Assembly (NCBI GenBank): GCA_036479895.1
Contig: JAZGFW010000302.1
Span: 1 to 54,138 of the forward strand
Direction: 5' to 3'
Source: Cocleimonas sp.
GTDB taxonomy: Bacteria; Pseudomonadota; Gammaproteobacteria; Thiotrichales; Thiotrichaceae
DNA: 54,138 nt
Part shown: piece after piece, positions 9,639 through 19,127 of the stretch
How positions within the stretch are numbered: the first letter of the stretch is position 1
Layout of the letters: every line of letters starts with the position of its first letter
Made by a program: the position numbers and the translations under genes
The notes under the pieces: model-generated
What the model saw: only the letters and a program-made list of their open reading frames with translations
The model's database searches: none
What the model was told of the DNA's origin: nothing

Positions 9639-10426
9639 TCTATCCAGATCGCAATAATATAATTCTAGACGTACGCGGTGCATTATGGTTCCTGGAGAAT
9701 TTACCAGAAGAAAGATGGGAAACTATTGATACTATTGTATTGGATCCTCCTTACTATGATTCAGACAAAAAAACCGATGTTGAAAAAGTAAACTCGAGAA
9801 CTAAATTAAAAAAACCTTCTAGAAGTAGGATTAGAGTAAAATATTTTAGCCCGCATACTCGTTTAATGAATAGTTTTATCCGAAGAAAAATAATAGGATA
9901 TATCAAATATAAAATGAATGAAGATACACGGGTTTTACATTTTCATAGTGTACGGGATAGATTACCCAAATTAGAAAATTTTTGCTGTGATCATGAGTGG
10001 ATTAAACCCATTAAAATAGTTATGACCGGAAATAATGATAGAAAGAATATAGAATATATCCGGATTGAAGGACCTAAAATAGAAGGAAACACTATGGTAG
10101 GTCGAACATTAAATCAAGCAATTGTTAATTGCGAACCAGAAATGATTATCGGAAATAAAGCCCCTACTATTGTTAGGGCTTGTGCCAAACCAGAAAAATT
10201 ATTTATTGAATTATTTAGGCATTTAGATAGTAGACATGTTCTAGATCCTTTTGCTGGATGGGGTAGATCTATAAGTGCTGCTTTGAAAATGGGCCTAAAA
10301 ATAGATGCCTGTGATTCCGATGTATTGGATCCAAGATTAAAGAAACAATATAATATCTATAAATCAATGGAATACAAAGAATATGTTCAAAAAATGCAAA
10401 CAACAATAGATTATGAATTTGAATGA
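9635..10426 (+). CDS. DNA amino-methyltransferase (beta class, probably m6A), divergent
   Basis: LDPPYY motif IV precedes KPEKL and VLDPFAGWG motif I. Confidence 0.8.
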   Translation: MIYPDRNNIILDVRGALWFLENLPEERWETIDTIVLDPPYYDSDKKTDVEKVNSRTKLKKPSRSRIRVKYFSPHTRLMNSFIRRKIIGYIKYKMNEDTRVLHFHSVRDRLPKLENFCCDHEWIKPIKIVMTGNNDRKNIEYIRIEGPKIEGNTMVGRTLNQAIVNCEPEMIIGNKAPTIVRACAKPEKLFIELFRHLDSRHVLDPFAGWGRSISAALKMGLKIDACDSDVLDPRLKKQYNIYKSMEYKEYVQKMQTTIDYEFE

Positions 10427-10692
10427 ATGCTAGTTTACTAGTGACAAAAATTAATATATAAAGGGGTCTTTAGTAGGAACTAATGTATCCAAAATTTGTC
10501 CGTAATCGAATTTTAAGAGACTTATTTACCAAGTAAGCACAAATATATTCAATAGATAATATAAGTACTAAATCAATTATAGAACAAATATTTTCAATCA
10601 TCAGACGTATTTAATGAAATAATATTATTGATAATAAATCATTAGTGCAAAAAATAACTTCATAAAAGAAGAATTAATCTTCATTATTGAAG

Positions 10693-10740
10693 AAAATAAC
10701 TGCAATGTTTATATATCTCCACGACGTATATATAATTATG
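10693..10740 (+). promoter_or_regulatory. Conserved leaderless promoter, copy 2
   Basis: aaaataac...TTTATATA...tatatataattATG; TATA 30 nt before ATG. Confidence 0.65.
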
Positions 10741-10905
10741 GCAATTCAAACCACTAACTTCTTCTCTGGAAACAAAACATTCGATACTAAACCCGAAGCT
10801 CAAAAATACTATGATAAAATGAATGTAGATTACAAAAATATTCATTTCTTCCCCCTTCAAGGCGGAGGTTATATTATCAGCTTTTTAAATGCAAAATTAA
10901 GATAG
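10738..10905 (+). CDS. 55-aa early orphan protein
   Basis: MAIQTTNFFSGNKTFDTKPEAQKYY; leaderless start, corrected from 10687. Confidence 0.7.
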   Translation: MAIQTTNFFSGNKTFDTKPEAQKYYDKMNVDYKNIHFFPLQGGGYIISFLNAKLR

Positions 10906-10929
10906 TTAAAGGATAAGGAATTGAATTAA

Positions 10930-11160
10930 ATGGGAAAACTAAATAAAATCAAAATAATCAAAATGTTTTTGGAACATGATATAATTAGTTTGGATCTAGT
11001 TATGGAGCTACATTCATCAAGCAAAAATGCTACCAGAATGATATTAGCTGATATGACCAAGAGAGGGATCCTAATTAAATTACACGGATATACTTATCTA
11101 CTTAATACTAAACCATTAATAAAAATGGCTGTGCAATTTTACGAAGAATTCAATTTATAA
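10930..11160 (+). CDS. Winged-helix protein
   Basis: SKNATRMILADMTKRGILIKLHGYTYLL. Confidence 0.65.
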   Translation: MGKLNKIKIIKMFLEHDIISLDLVMELHSSSKNATRMILADMTKRGILIKLHGYTYLLNTKPLIKMAVQFYEEFNL

Positions 11161-11227
11161 TGTATTACAAAAATGTATTACATATTCGATAAATTTATAA
11201 TAATAACAATAAAAATGTATTTTACCG

Positions 11228-11401
11228 ATGGATAAAATAAAAAAAAGCCAACTTATATCCTTTAGAATAAATGAGGAAGAACAAAAGAATTTGGATATTA
11301 TTTTAGAAAGTAAAAAATTTAAAAATCGGTCTAATGCAATTAAAGAATCTATAAAATTAATGAGTAAATCAATATCGCAAGAATTAGCTGGAGAGACATA
11401 A
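11228..11401 (+). CDS. CopG/RHH transcriptional regulator (not in ORF track)
   Basis: SQLISFRINEEEQKNLDIIL...FKNRSNAIKESI, a canonical RHH pattern. Confidence 0.8.
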   Translation: MDKIKKSQLISFRINEEEQKNLDIILESKKFKNRSNAIKESIKLMSKSISQELAGET

Positions 11402-13134
11402 AGGGGGCGTTTTATATTAAGTCTGGATTAGAAATACCACGTGTTAAAGAAAGCCCATTTCGTACCAAAAGAACAGAAATAATAGATGAATTGTTTACTA
11501 TCCAAGAAAAATTACCACACTATCTATACACACTATCCACAAAGGAACGGCACATGATTCATTATAGTGAAATTGAGGGAATTTATAAAAGAGATATAGA
11601 CGATTCTTTTATTGAAAAAGTAATAGGCGATATTATGTTACAGAAAGCGGATTGGTATAACACGGAAAGCAACAAATCGGAAATTGTAACCGGTAGAAAT
11701 GGATTATTATCTTGGTTCCATTTGAGAAGGGTGGGGGAAATAACCAAGATAATTAATGAATATAAGTTAGAACTTAATGTCTGTGGGTTAAATAGTGACA
11801 TTGAAGAATTTAGTCGTTTCAGTAAGTTTGACCCGGAAGAACAAACGGTTCTTTTTAACATGAAAAATACAGCAATTAAATTTAATTTAATAACTAAAAA
11901 AATGGAAGATATAGGTTATTCAAAAGACAACATGTTTCTATCTAAATTACAAGTAGATTATGATCCTGATTTCGATAATTCGCTTTGGCTAAAATCAATC
12001 AGGCAAATTATACCAAATGAAAAACAACGGAAGATATTACAAAGATGGGTAGCCTATTCATTAATTAATAAATATTTCAAATGGCAAGTATCAATATTAT
12101 TGTATGGTCCAAGGGCCAATAACGGAAAAAATACTGTAATGAATTCAATTGGTTCATTATTTAGTTTTCCAAAAACGACAACGTTAGAAAGAATATCTAA
12201 TAAATTTGGCCTTTATCAATTAAGAAATTCAGATTTTATTATTGCGGATGAATCTGATGCTTATTTTAATAATACATCTAATTTCAAAAATCTAATAACT
12301 GGGGAAAAAATGACAATAGAAGGTAAGGGGCTTAGTGAACAAGAAGCATTAATTGATGCTAAATTAATTATTGCAGCTAATAAATTATCCCCGGCTATTG
12401 TTAGTGATAAAGGAACTATGCGTAGAATAATTGTATTACTAACCCCTGAATCTTTTGCAAATTCCGATGTTAGAGACCCTTATTTAGAAGAAAAATTAAT
12501 AAGCCAGAATACAGGCATATTCAATTGGGCACTCGAGGAATTACCTAATTTAATAAATAATGTAAAATCATATCAAGAAGGGGTTGCCGAACGTACTAAG
12601 AAAATATTTGAAGATAATCAAAATATATTTGCCAATTTTATGGTTTCTTATTGTTTAGAAAACGGCGATTGTAAATTAGATGAGCTTAGTTATTGGTATG
12701 ATCAGTATTGTGACAAATACCAAGGTGTATCCCTTAATAGAGTAAAAATAGGCATGTTAATAAAAGAAATGTATTCACCTGATAGAGTATCAAAAAGTGG
12801 AGTAAAATCTGATATGGATCATACTAAGTCCACTACTTTATATACGGGTATATCATTAAATAAACATAAATTATTGAATGAATTTCCTAATTATGTAGAA
12901 ATAAAAAATCAATTAGATTTCTTTGGTGATGACGAAGAAAATCATATTAAATTATTAAGATGGGTAATAGAAGAATTGGAAGTTCAGAAAGAAGGTATAA
13001 TATATACCAGTATATACGATCAAGGAAAGAAATTCGGAATGAGGAAAGAAGAATGTAAGGAATGGCTCAATAAATGGGTAAGTGACGGATTATTAATAAA
13101 AAATGCTGGAGTGGTTAAAATTGGAAAAATATAA
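11398..13134 (+). CDS. D5/P4-like superfamily 3 helicase with C-terminal winged helices; no primase domain recognised
   Basis: LYGPRANNGKNT Walker A, IADE Walker B, IIAAN, RRI; the frame is open upstream of 11491 back to ATA at 11398. Confidence 0.88.
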   Translation: MKGAFYIKSGLEIPRVKESPFRTKRTEIIDELFTIQEKLPHYLYTLSTKERHMIHYSEIEGIYKRDIDDSFIEKVIGDIMLQKADWYNTESNKSEIVTGRNGLLSWFHLRRVGEITKIINEYKLELNVCGLNSDIEEFSRFSKFDPEEQTVLFNMKNTAIKFNLITKKMEDIGYSKDNMFLSKLQVDYDPDFDNSLWLKSIRQIIPNEKQRKILQRWVAYSLINKYFKWQVSILLYGPRANNGKNTVMNSIGSLFSFPKTTTLERISNKFGLYQLRNSDFIIADESDAYFNNTSNFKNLITGEKMTIEGKGLSEQEALIDAKLIIAANKLSPAIVSDKGTMRRIIVLLTPESFANSDVRDPYLEEKLISQNTGIFNWALEELPNLINNVKSYQEGVAERTKKIFEDNQNIFANFMVSYCLENGDCKLDELSYWYDQYCDKYQGVSLNRVKIGMLIKEMYSPDRVSKSGVKSDMDHTKSTTLYTGISLNKHKLLNEFPNYVEIKNQLDFFGDDEENHIKLLRWVIEELEVQKEGIIYTSIYDQGKKFGMRKEECKEWLNKWVSDGLLIKNAGVVKIGKI

Positions 13135-13366
13135 AATAAAAAAAATTGAAACAAGCATAAGATATTATAAAATTCTTTTAGATAAACAAAAGAATATATT
13201 AGAAATAGGTTTTACTAATGAGAAGGAACTCGATCAATTCTATTTCCTTTGTCATTCTTGTAAAGATGGGTTAAGATCAAATCAAGGGCATGATAATATA
13301 ATTATCCAGGCAATAGGGCATATGGCTTCTGAAAACCATATGATATTATTAAGTAAGGGGGATTGA
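13103..13366 (+). CDS. Hypothetical protein (C2H2-like CHSC...H...H)
   Basis: Operon context; exact start uncertain. Confidence 0.55.
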   Translation: MLEWLKLEKYKIKKIETSIRYYKILLDKQKNILEIGFTNEKELDQFYFLCHSCKDGLRSNQGHDNIIIQAIGHMASENHMILLSKGD

Positions 13367-13368
13367 TT

Positions 13369-14184
13369 ATGAACAAATATCATTCACCAAAAATCTATAA
13401 TAAATCAAGTGAACAAATGACTGAAATAGAAAACGATACAGTTCATCTTGTTATTACTTCCCCCCCTTATAACGCAGGAATAGATTACGAAGGATATAAT
13501 GATACACAAGTATGGAGTGCATATATCAAAATGATTTCTCAAGTATTTAGCGAATGTTTTAGAGTTTTAGTTCCAGGAGGACGTATCGCAATTAATTGTG
13601 CTAATTTGGGTCGTAATCCTTATTTTCCTCTTAGATCATTACTTGAGGCATGTTTGCTTAAATCTGATTTTGATCTTATGGGTGAAATAATTTGGGAAAA
13701 AACATGGGGTACTGATTCTCATGCTTGGGGTTCATATAAGAAACCAACACGCCCGGCTATTCGCGATGTTCATGAATATATATTACTTGCTAGTAAAGGT
13801 AGAAATCCAATAACAAATGATTGTGAAGGAGAAATTACATTAGAAAAAAATGAATTTGCGAAATCTACTTTATCTATTTGGAAATTAAATCCAAGCAAAG
13901 ATAGAAATGGAAAACATCCAGCACCTTTTCCTGAAGCAATTCCAAGAAGATTAATTCGATTATTTACATTTACAAATCAGATAGTTTTAGATCCTTTTGC
14001 AGGTAGTGGAACTACATTAAAAGTGGCAGGAGAATCAAAAAGACGTTCTATTGGATATGAAATAAGTAAATCGTATTATGATAAATTTCTTATGCGATTA
14101 TTAAAATCAGGTATTCAATCGAATTTATCAGATTATTATATTAATTTATTTGAAAATACAAAGGAGCCTGTTTATAACAAATGA
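13369..14184 (+). CDS. N4-cytosine/N6-adenine DNA methyltransferase (beta class)
   Basis: VITSPPYN, HPAPFP, VLDPFAGSGTT, IGYEI. Confidence 0.93.
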   Translation: MNKYHSPKIYNKSSEQMTEIENDTVHLVITSPPYNAGIDYEGYNDTQVWSAYIKMISQVFSECFRVLVPGGRIAINCANLGRNPYFPLRSLLEACLLKSDFDLMGEIIWEKTWGTDSHAWGSYKKPTRPAIRDVHEYILLASKGRNPITNDCEGEITLEKNEFAKSTLSIWKLNPSKDRNGKHPAPFPEAIPRRLIRLFTFTNQIVLDPFAGSGTTLKVAGESKRRSIGYEISKSYYDKFLMRLLKSGIQSNLSDYYINLFENTKEPVYNK

Positions 14185-14846
14185 AATCAAAACAGTTAAT
14201 AATAGATTTGTGTTGTGGTGGTGGGGTTTTAGCGGAAGCATTTTATGATTCAGTTGGATTGGATAATAATAGAAAAGCATTAGAATATTATCCTAATATG
14301 AAAGTATTAGGTGATGCAACAAAAACGCCTTTTAGAAACAAGGCGAGTAGTTTTGTTCATAGTTCTCCTCCTTGTCAAAAATTTAGTTCTGCTAGTCATG
14401 GTAATCAAGATAAACATATTAATATTATTGATAATGTTAGAGAAGAACAGTTAAGAATAACATCGGAGCATTACTGTATAGAAAATGTTCCTGGAGCACC
14501 AATTAGAGAAGATTTAATCTTGTGTGCCGCTAATTTTGAATTACCTACAATTAGACATAGAAAATTTGAATTATCGTTTTATGTACCACAAATGAAATGT
14601 AAAACTCATAAACCTATGATTAGGCCAAAATCAGTTTATGCTAAAGATAGAGGTTGGAGAACAAAATATTATTTTGCTAATCGTAAAGGAAACAGTAAAA
14701 GAAATCAATTAATGTTAGGTTGTCGTGATCTCCCTGGTGAAATATCAGGTGAAGGCGTTCCATCAGCATATATGCGATATATATTAGAATATCTAGATAA
14801 AGATATTAAACAACCAAAATTAGAGGAATATTTTGAAAATGAATGA
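14181..14846 (+). CDS. Compact C5-cytosine DNA methyltransferase
   Basis: IDLCCGGG, SPPCQKFS, IENVPGA, RHRKF. Confidence 0.85.
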   Translation: MKSKQLIIDLCCGGGVLAEAFYDSVGLDNNRKALEYYPNMKVLGDATKTPFRNKASSFVHSSPPCQKFSSASHGNQDKHINIIDNVREEQLRITSEHYCIENVPGAPIREDLILCAANFELPTIRHRKFELSFYVPQMKCKTHKPMIRPKSVYAKDRGWRTKYYFANRKGNSKRNQLMLGCRDLPGEISGEGVPSAYMRYILEYLDKDIKQPKLEEYFENE

Positions 14847-15129
14847 AAATAATAATTATGACTTGGCTGTTTTACAGTCAATAATAGATGAAAAGAAAGA
14901 TTTCTTAATAAGAAAGCAAAATGAACTAAAATTAATTTCTATGGAAATTACACAAGTAAGTAGACAAATAGACGAATTAGACGCCGTTCATAAAAAATTG
15001 GATAATTTTAACAAAATATCTAATCTTCCCGTTTGTCGTATTTGCAATGCGACATTTTATCATGATTTTGAAAAATCAGATAATGTATGTTTAAAATGCG
15101 AACCTAAAGAAGTGACATCCCATGACTAA
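14839..15129 (+). CDS. Coiled-coil/zinc-finger protein
   Basis: CRIC...VCLKC; GAGG SD. Confidence 0.65.
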   Translation: MNENNNYDLAVLQSIIDEKKDFLIRKQNELKLISMEITQVSRQIDELDAVHKKLDNFNKISNLPVCRICNATFYHDFEKSDNVCLKCEPKEVTSHD

Positions 15130-15898
15130 GATAGAATGGACCCAAACAATCGATAAAAAAGGTAATAAAACAAAAGGAAAATCCTGGAACCCAATTACGG
15201 GTTGTACTCAAATTTCAAAAGGCTGTCGATCCTGTTATGCTAAGGTAATGCATAAGAGACTTAAAGGAATGGGTAAAAAGAAATATCAATTTGATTTTAA
15301 AAAAGTAATATTCCATGAAAGTGAATTAACTATCCCCGCAACCTGGAAGAAACCAAGAAAGATATTTGTTTGTAGTATGTCAGACCTATTTCACGAAAAA
15401 GTAGAAGATCGGCAAATAAGGGCCATTCTAGGAATAATAGAAGTTAATCCTCAACATACTTTCCAATTACTTACCAAAAGAGCAGAAAGATTGCCAAACT
15501 TCGTGTATCCATCTAATGTATGGCTAGGTGTAACGATCGAGCATAATGATTATGTTAAGCGTGCCGATTATTTAAGAAAAACGAATGCTAAAGTCAAGTT
15601 TATATCGGCAGAACCACTTCTAGGATATCTTATTGATATTATATTAACAGATATAAATTGGGTAATCGTTGGTGGGGAATCTGGACCAAAAACAAAGGTC
15701 AGAAGAATGCACTATCCTTGGGTTAGACACCTTAAAGATAAAATAGATCGGTATGATAATATTAGGTTCTTCTATAAGCAAGGTGGTTCACATAATCAAT
15801 GTCATTCTTTTGTAAAGGAATATCACAAAGACGATCCAGGGTGTAATTCTAAAGGATGTAAAATATTGGATGGCCGTGTATGGGAGGAATTGCCATAA
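15122..15898 (+). CDS. Phage Gp37/Gp68 (DUF5131) radical-SAM-like protein
   Basis: TKIEWT, WNPITGCTQISKGCRSCYA (CX6CX2C), FVCSMSDLFH, LLTKR, SAEPLL, WVIVGGESG, FFYKQ. Confidence 0.92.
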   Translation: MTKIEWTQTIDKKGNKTKGKSWNPITGCTQISKGCRSCYAKVMHKRLKGMGKKKYQFDFKKVIFHESELTIPATWKKPRKIFVCSMSDLFHEKVEDRQIRAILGIIEVNPQHTFQLLTKRAERLPNFVYPSNVWLGVTIEHNDYVKRADYLRKTNAKVKFISAEPLLGYLIDIILTDINWVIVGGESGPKTKVRRMHYPWVRHLKDKIDRYDNIRFFYKQGGSHNQCHSFVKEYHKDDPGCNSKGCKILDGRVWEELP

Positions 15899-16197
15899 AA
15901 CGAAGTAAAATAGATCATCTAGCATTAATGCGTCTAAAAGATAAAGAAAGGCAATATCCTGAAAAAGTCCATACTTTAACGAGAAATAAAATTTTTGAAT
16001 TTTTTCCTATTATTAATTTTGATATACCTAATTTCATAATGATTAATACAAAAGAAAATCCTTCTAAACATATAGGTATAACATTTACTAAAACTAGATT
16101 ATTAGGATATATATTCTTTAGATATGACAACGTTTTTAAGTCGATTCCTTTCGGATTAAAATGTTTTAATATATTAGATTTGAGGCCTTTGTTATGA
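15895..16197 (+). CDS. Hypothetical protein (probable ATA start)
   Basis: GGAGG SD then ATA overlapping the upstream TAA. Confidence 0.55.
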   Translation: MKRSKIDHLALMRLKDKERQYPEKVHTLTRNKIFEFFPIINFDIPNFIMINTKENPSKHIGITFTKTRLLGYIFFRYDNVFKSIPFGLKCFNILDLRPLL

Positions 16198-16436
16198 CCC
16201 GATTAAAAATTACAAGTAATAAAACAGGAATATTTAATATTTCAATTGATGATATTGATATTTCACATATGCTTGAAAAAGTTAGTTTTGATTTAAATCC
16301 TAATACAATGCCAATAGTAAACATAACCCTAAAACCACTTGAAGTATTAATTGATATAGAAGATATAAATTACATAATAAAAGCAAAAGAGAAATATCAT
16401 AAAAAATTACAACTTTTGAAAAGAATTAAACCCTAG
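16194..16436 (+). CDS. Hypothetical protein
   Basis: ATGA overlap. Confidence 0.6.
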   Translation: MTRLKITSNKTGIFNISIDDIDISHMLEKVSFDLNPNTMPIVNITLKPLEVLIDIEDINYIIKAKEKYHKKLQLLKRIKP

Positions 16437-16489
16437 TTGGATCAACGGATAACAATGATTTTATGTTTTGTAGACTTATATAAATTATA

Positions 16490-16822
16490 GTGGCCGAAGA
16501 ATATCGAACATTTATGACAGCTTTACTTGCATCTATGAAAGAACTTAGAGAGGCTTATAACAAAAGTATATCTGAATTTAATCAAAATATAGAACGACAA
16601 TTAGAAGTTCATGAATCATTATTATTTGTACATAAAGACATTATGAAAAATGTTCAAGATATGAGTGTTTTTATGTCTGAAGTTCCTGATTTATTAATTT
16701 CAATAGAGGCGTATTCCAGGCGTGTTTCAGATACTTATAATGGGTACGGTCTAGGTTTCAATGAAATACAAGAAAAACTTGATAAATTGTTAGAAAAAGT
16801 CACAGGAAATAATAATGAGTAA
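16490..16822 (+). CDS. Coiled-coil protein
   Basis: Helical heptads; GTG start. Confidence 0.65.
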   Translation: MAEEYRTFMTALLASMKELREAYNKSISEFNQNIERQLEVHESLLFVHKDIMKNVQDMSVFMSEVPDLLISIEAYSRRVSDTYNGYGLGFNEIQEKLDKLLEKVTGNNNE

Positions 16823-17507
16823 AAATATTATGAAAAAAACTAGTTCTATATTTAATTTTGTAGAACTATTACAGAGAAAATGGGAATTCTTTAAAGAAGA
16901 TCACCTTCTTAGTTTAATCTTAACAATGGTAACTGCTTCATTTATTAAAATGATATTTACGCGAGAATGGTTCGATTTAATCATATTTGGGTTAATTCTA
17001 ATTACGTTGATTTTTGCGACTTTTTGGAAATATTATTTTGATTTACAAAATAGAAAGCAGCGATTATTAGAAGAAAAACAAGACGCAGAACTTTCTATGG
17101 AACGTGTCAATTCATGGAAACAAATAAGAACAATTGATTTGATGGTGCAAAATAACTTTGAAACAAGTCAAACTTTAATTCACGGAGCATTTACAGAATT
17201 AAAAAAACTAGATACAAATCATTCTTTTAATTCTCATGTTAATTCAGTAGATGAAACCCTCGAGTTATTAAGAGGCAAAATAAAACTTTATTCTATGAAT
17301 TATAAGGAATTTATTATCAAATTTTATGGTGGGGATAAATTAGAAGCTGATGAACCCCGTCTAGATAATTTACCAAGATTAGATTCAGATGAACTAGTTT
17401 CTGAACTTCAACAATCTAAATTAATTGATAGTAACGATATAAGCATAGGTAAAAAGACAAAAGAGATAAAAGATTATCACCCGGATACTCACGAACTTAA
17501 CACTTAA
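16815..17507 (+). CDS. Two-TM membrane protein with coiled-coil tail
   Basis: Two hydrophobic segments followed by a charged helical region. Confidence 0.7.
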   Translation: MSKNIMKKTSSIFNFVELLQRKWEFFKEDHLLSLILTMVTASFIKMIFTREWFDLIIFGLILITLIFATFWKYYFDLQNRKQRLLEEKQDAELSMERVNSWKQIRTIDLMVQNNFETSQTLIHGAFTELKKLDTNHSFNSHVNSVDETLELLRGKIKLYSMNYKEFIIKFYGGDKLEADEPRLDNLPRLDSDELVSELQQSKLIDSNDISIGKKTKEIKDYHPDTHELNT

Positions 17508-17799
17508 TTAATTGGGAATAATAGGCCTTACTCGTAAATCTCTTTACAATTTGTTTATTATATTTTTTATCATATAATCCAGCCATCTTTAATTTCCATT
17601 TATCTATTTTTTCTAATTCAATTTCATAACTACGTCGATAATCGCTAGGGGCTAATAAAGAAGATATGCCGTCTAATTCATATTCTTCAATAGAAGTCCA
17701 TTCGCCTTCTTCTACATATTCTAAAACAAATTCGGCGGTATCAGCAGCATCAGTTTGAATATAATCTTTATTCGTATTTACCACTATAATATAATCCAA
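17497..17799 (-). CDS. Hypothetical protein
   Basis: Last gene of a small - strand unit, preceded by two short ORFs at ~17820-18084. Confidence 0.55.
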   Translation of the reverse strand: MDYIIVVNTNKDYIQTDAADTAEFVLEYVEEGEWTSIEEYELDGISSLLAPSDYRRSYEIELEKIDKWKLKMAGLYDKKYNKQIVKRFTSKAYYSQLIKC

Positions 17800-18200
17800 T
17801 TAATAATTTATTAAACTATTTATGGCATATCGGTTCCATATCTACCCACAATATAAGTTAGTGGTACTATGATTAGGATCCAATACCAGTTATTAATTAT
17901 CCAGTCTATTATGCTTTTGCTATTCATTTTAAAGCCCCCACTTTTGTTTCTTCTTCTGTTAAAACCACTATATATTCACATTTAAAACATTCAAATGCAA
18001 ATCCTTTAGTTTCCGTTTGTTCTGGATGGGTATTAATACACTCAACCCTTTTTTGCGTCATACCGTCATAATTAAAACATACCATTAATTTTTTTATTAT
18101 ATTGATCTTTTAAAAATATTTATAATAATATTTATAATAATAAATAAAAATATAAAATAAAATAAATATTTTTTTATAGATAAAAATAAATACAATATTA

Positions 18201-18359
18201 ATGTCAGAAAAATCAAAGACAGTAAGTTTATCCGATAAGGCACATGAAATTCTTGTGAAGGTATCGGGCATGCGTAAAGCTAACAAGCGTAATGATTGGA
18301 AGATGCAAGATATCGCATCTGAATGCATTATCGAGAAATACACAAAAGGTGATCAATAA
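18201..18359 (+). CDS. RHH-like regulator leading an operon (not in ORF track)
   Basis: MSEKSKTVSLSDKAHEIL...MQDIASECIIE; TTTTATAG about 29 nt upstream. Confidence 0.65.
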   Translation: MSEKSKTVSLSDKAHEILVKVSGMRKANKRNDWKMQDIASECIIEKYTKGDQ

Positions 18360-19127
18360 ATGGAAATAATAGCAAAAGTAGTAAGATATAATGGAATGTT
18401 ACAGAATAATTATCAGGCTTGGGATATTGAAATAGAAGGTAAATTACACTTTTTAACTTCTGAAGAAAATAGGAGTAACGAATTAAAAGATGGCTTGACT
18501 TATAAATTATTAGTTAATCCATGGCAATCAGGCACGACAACAAAATATATACTGTTACCGAAAAGTGAAATAGTATTATATGCTAAAGAAACGGAAACTA
18601 AAGCAGAAGGAACGGGACCGTTAGGATTAGACGCAACAGGTCTTGAAAAGGATAAGCCTGGATATTACGAGGGGACAGGTCCACTGTCTTCTGTGGGCAC
18701 AAGTGATAATCAATCTTTAACAGTTACCAGACAAGCTATGATTCAACAATTCGATGATTATCAATATGTTATGAATAGAATTGTTGACAAAAAAGATTGG
18801 GTAATTATAAAAGGTAAAGAAGTTTTGAAAAAATCCGGGTTTATTAAAATAGCTACTTTCTTTGGGGTATCCGTTTCTATCAATCGATCTGATATTGAAG
18901 ATTTATCAATTGGTGGTAATTTTAAATTTCGAATGCGGGCTAAAGCAACAATGCCCAATGGTCGATTTATGGAAGCCGTGGGGATGTGTTCGTCCGAAGA
19001 ATATCACGATCAAAATTTTTCACGATCCGAGCACGTCATATACGCAACAGCGGAAACAAGAGCATCCGTGCGTGCTATTTCTAAATTGATGGGTATGGGT
19101 ATGGTATCAGAAGACGAGATGATTTAA
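18360..19127 (+). CDS. Single-strand annealing recombinase (Rad52/ERF-like C-terminal domain) with beta-rich N-terminal domain
   Basis: LKKSGFIKIATFFGVS, GRFMEAVGMCS, ATAETRASVRAIS..GMVSEDEM. Confidence 0.7.
   Translation: MEIIAKVVRYNGMLQNNYQAWDIEIEGKLHFLTSEENRSNELKDGLTYKLLVNPWQSGTTTKYILLPKSEIVLYAKETETKAEGTGPLGLDATGLEKDKPGYYEGTGPLSSVGTSDNQSLTVTRQAMIQQFDDYQYVMNRIVDKKDWVIIKGKEVLKKSGFIKIATFFGVSVSINRSDIEDLSIGGNFKFRMRAKATMPNGRFMEAVGMCSSEEYHDQNFSRSEHVIYATAETRASVRAISKLMGMGMVSEDEMI

Noticed and set aside
11228-11491. Frameshift fusion of the RHH gene to the helicase
   Set aside because: The AAAGGGG run overlaps or follows the RHH stop and is in the wrong frame; an ATA start at 11398 is simpler.
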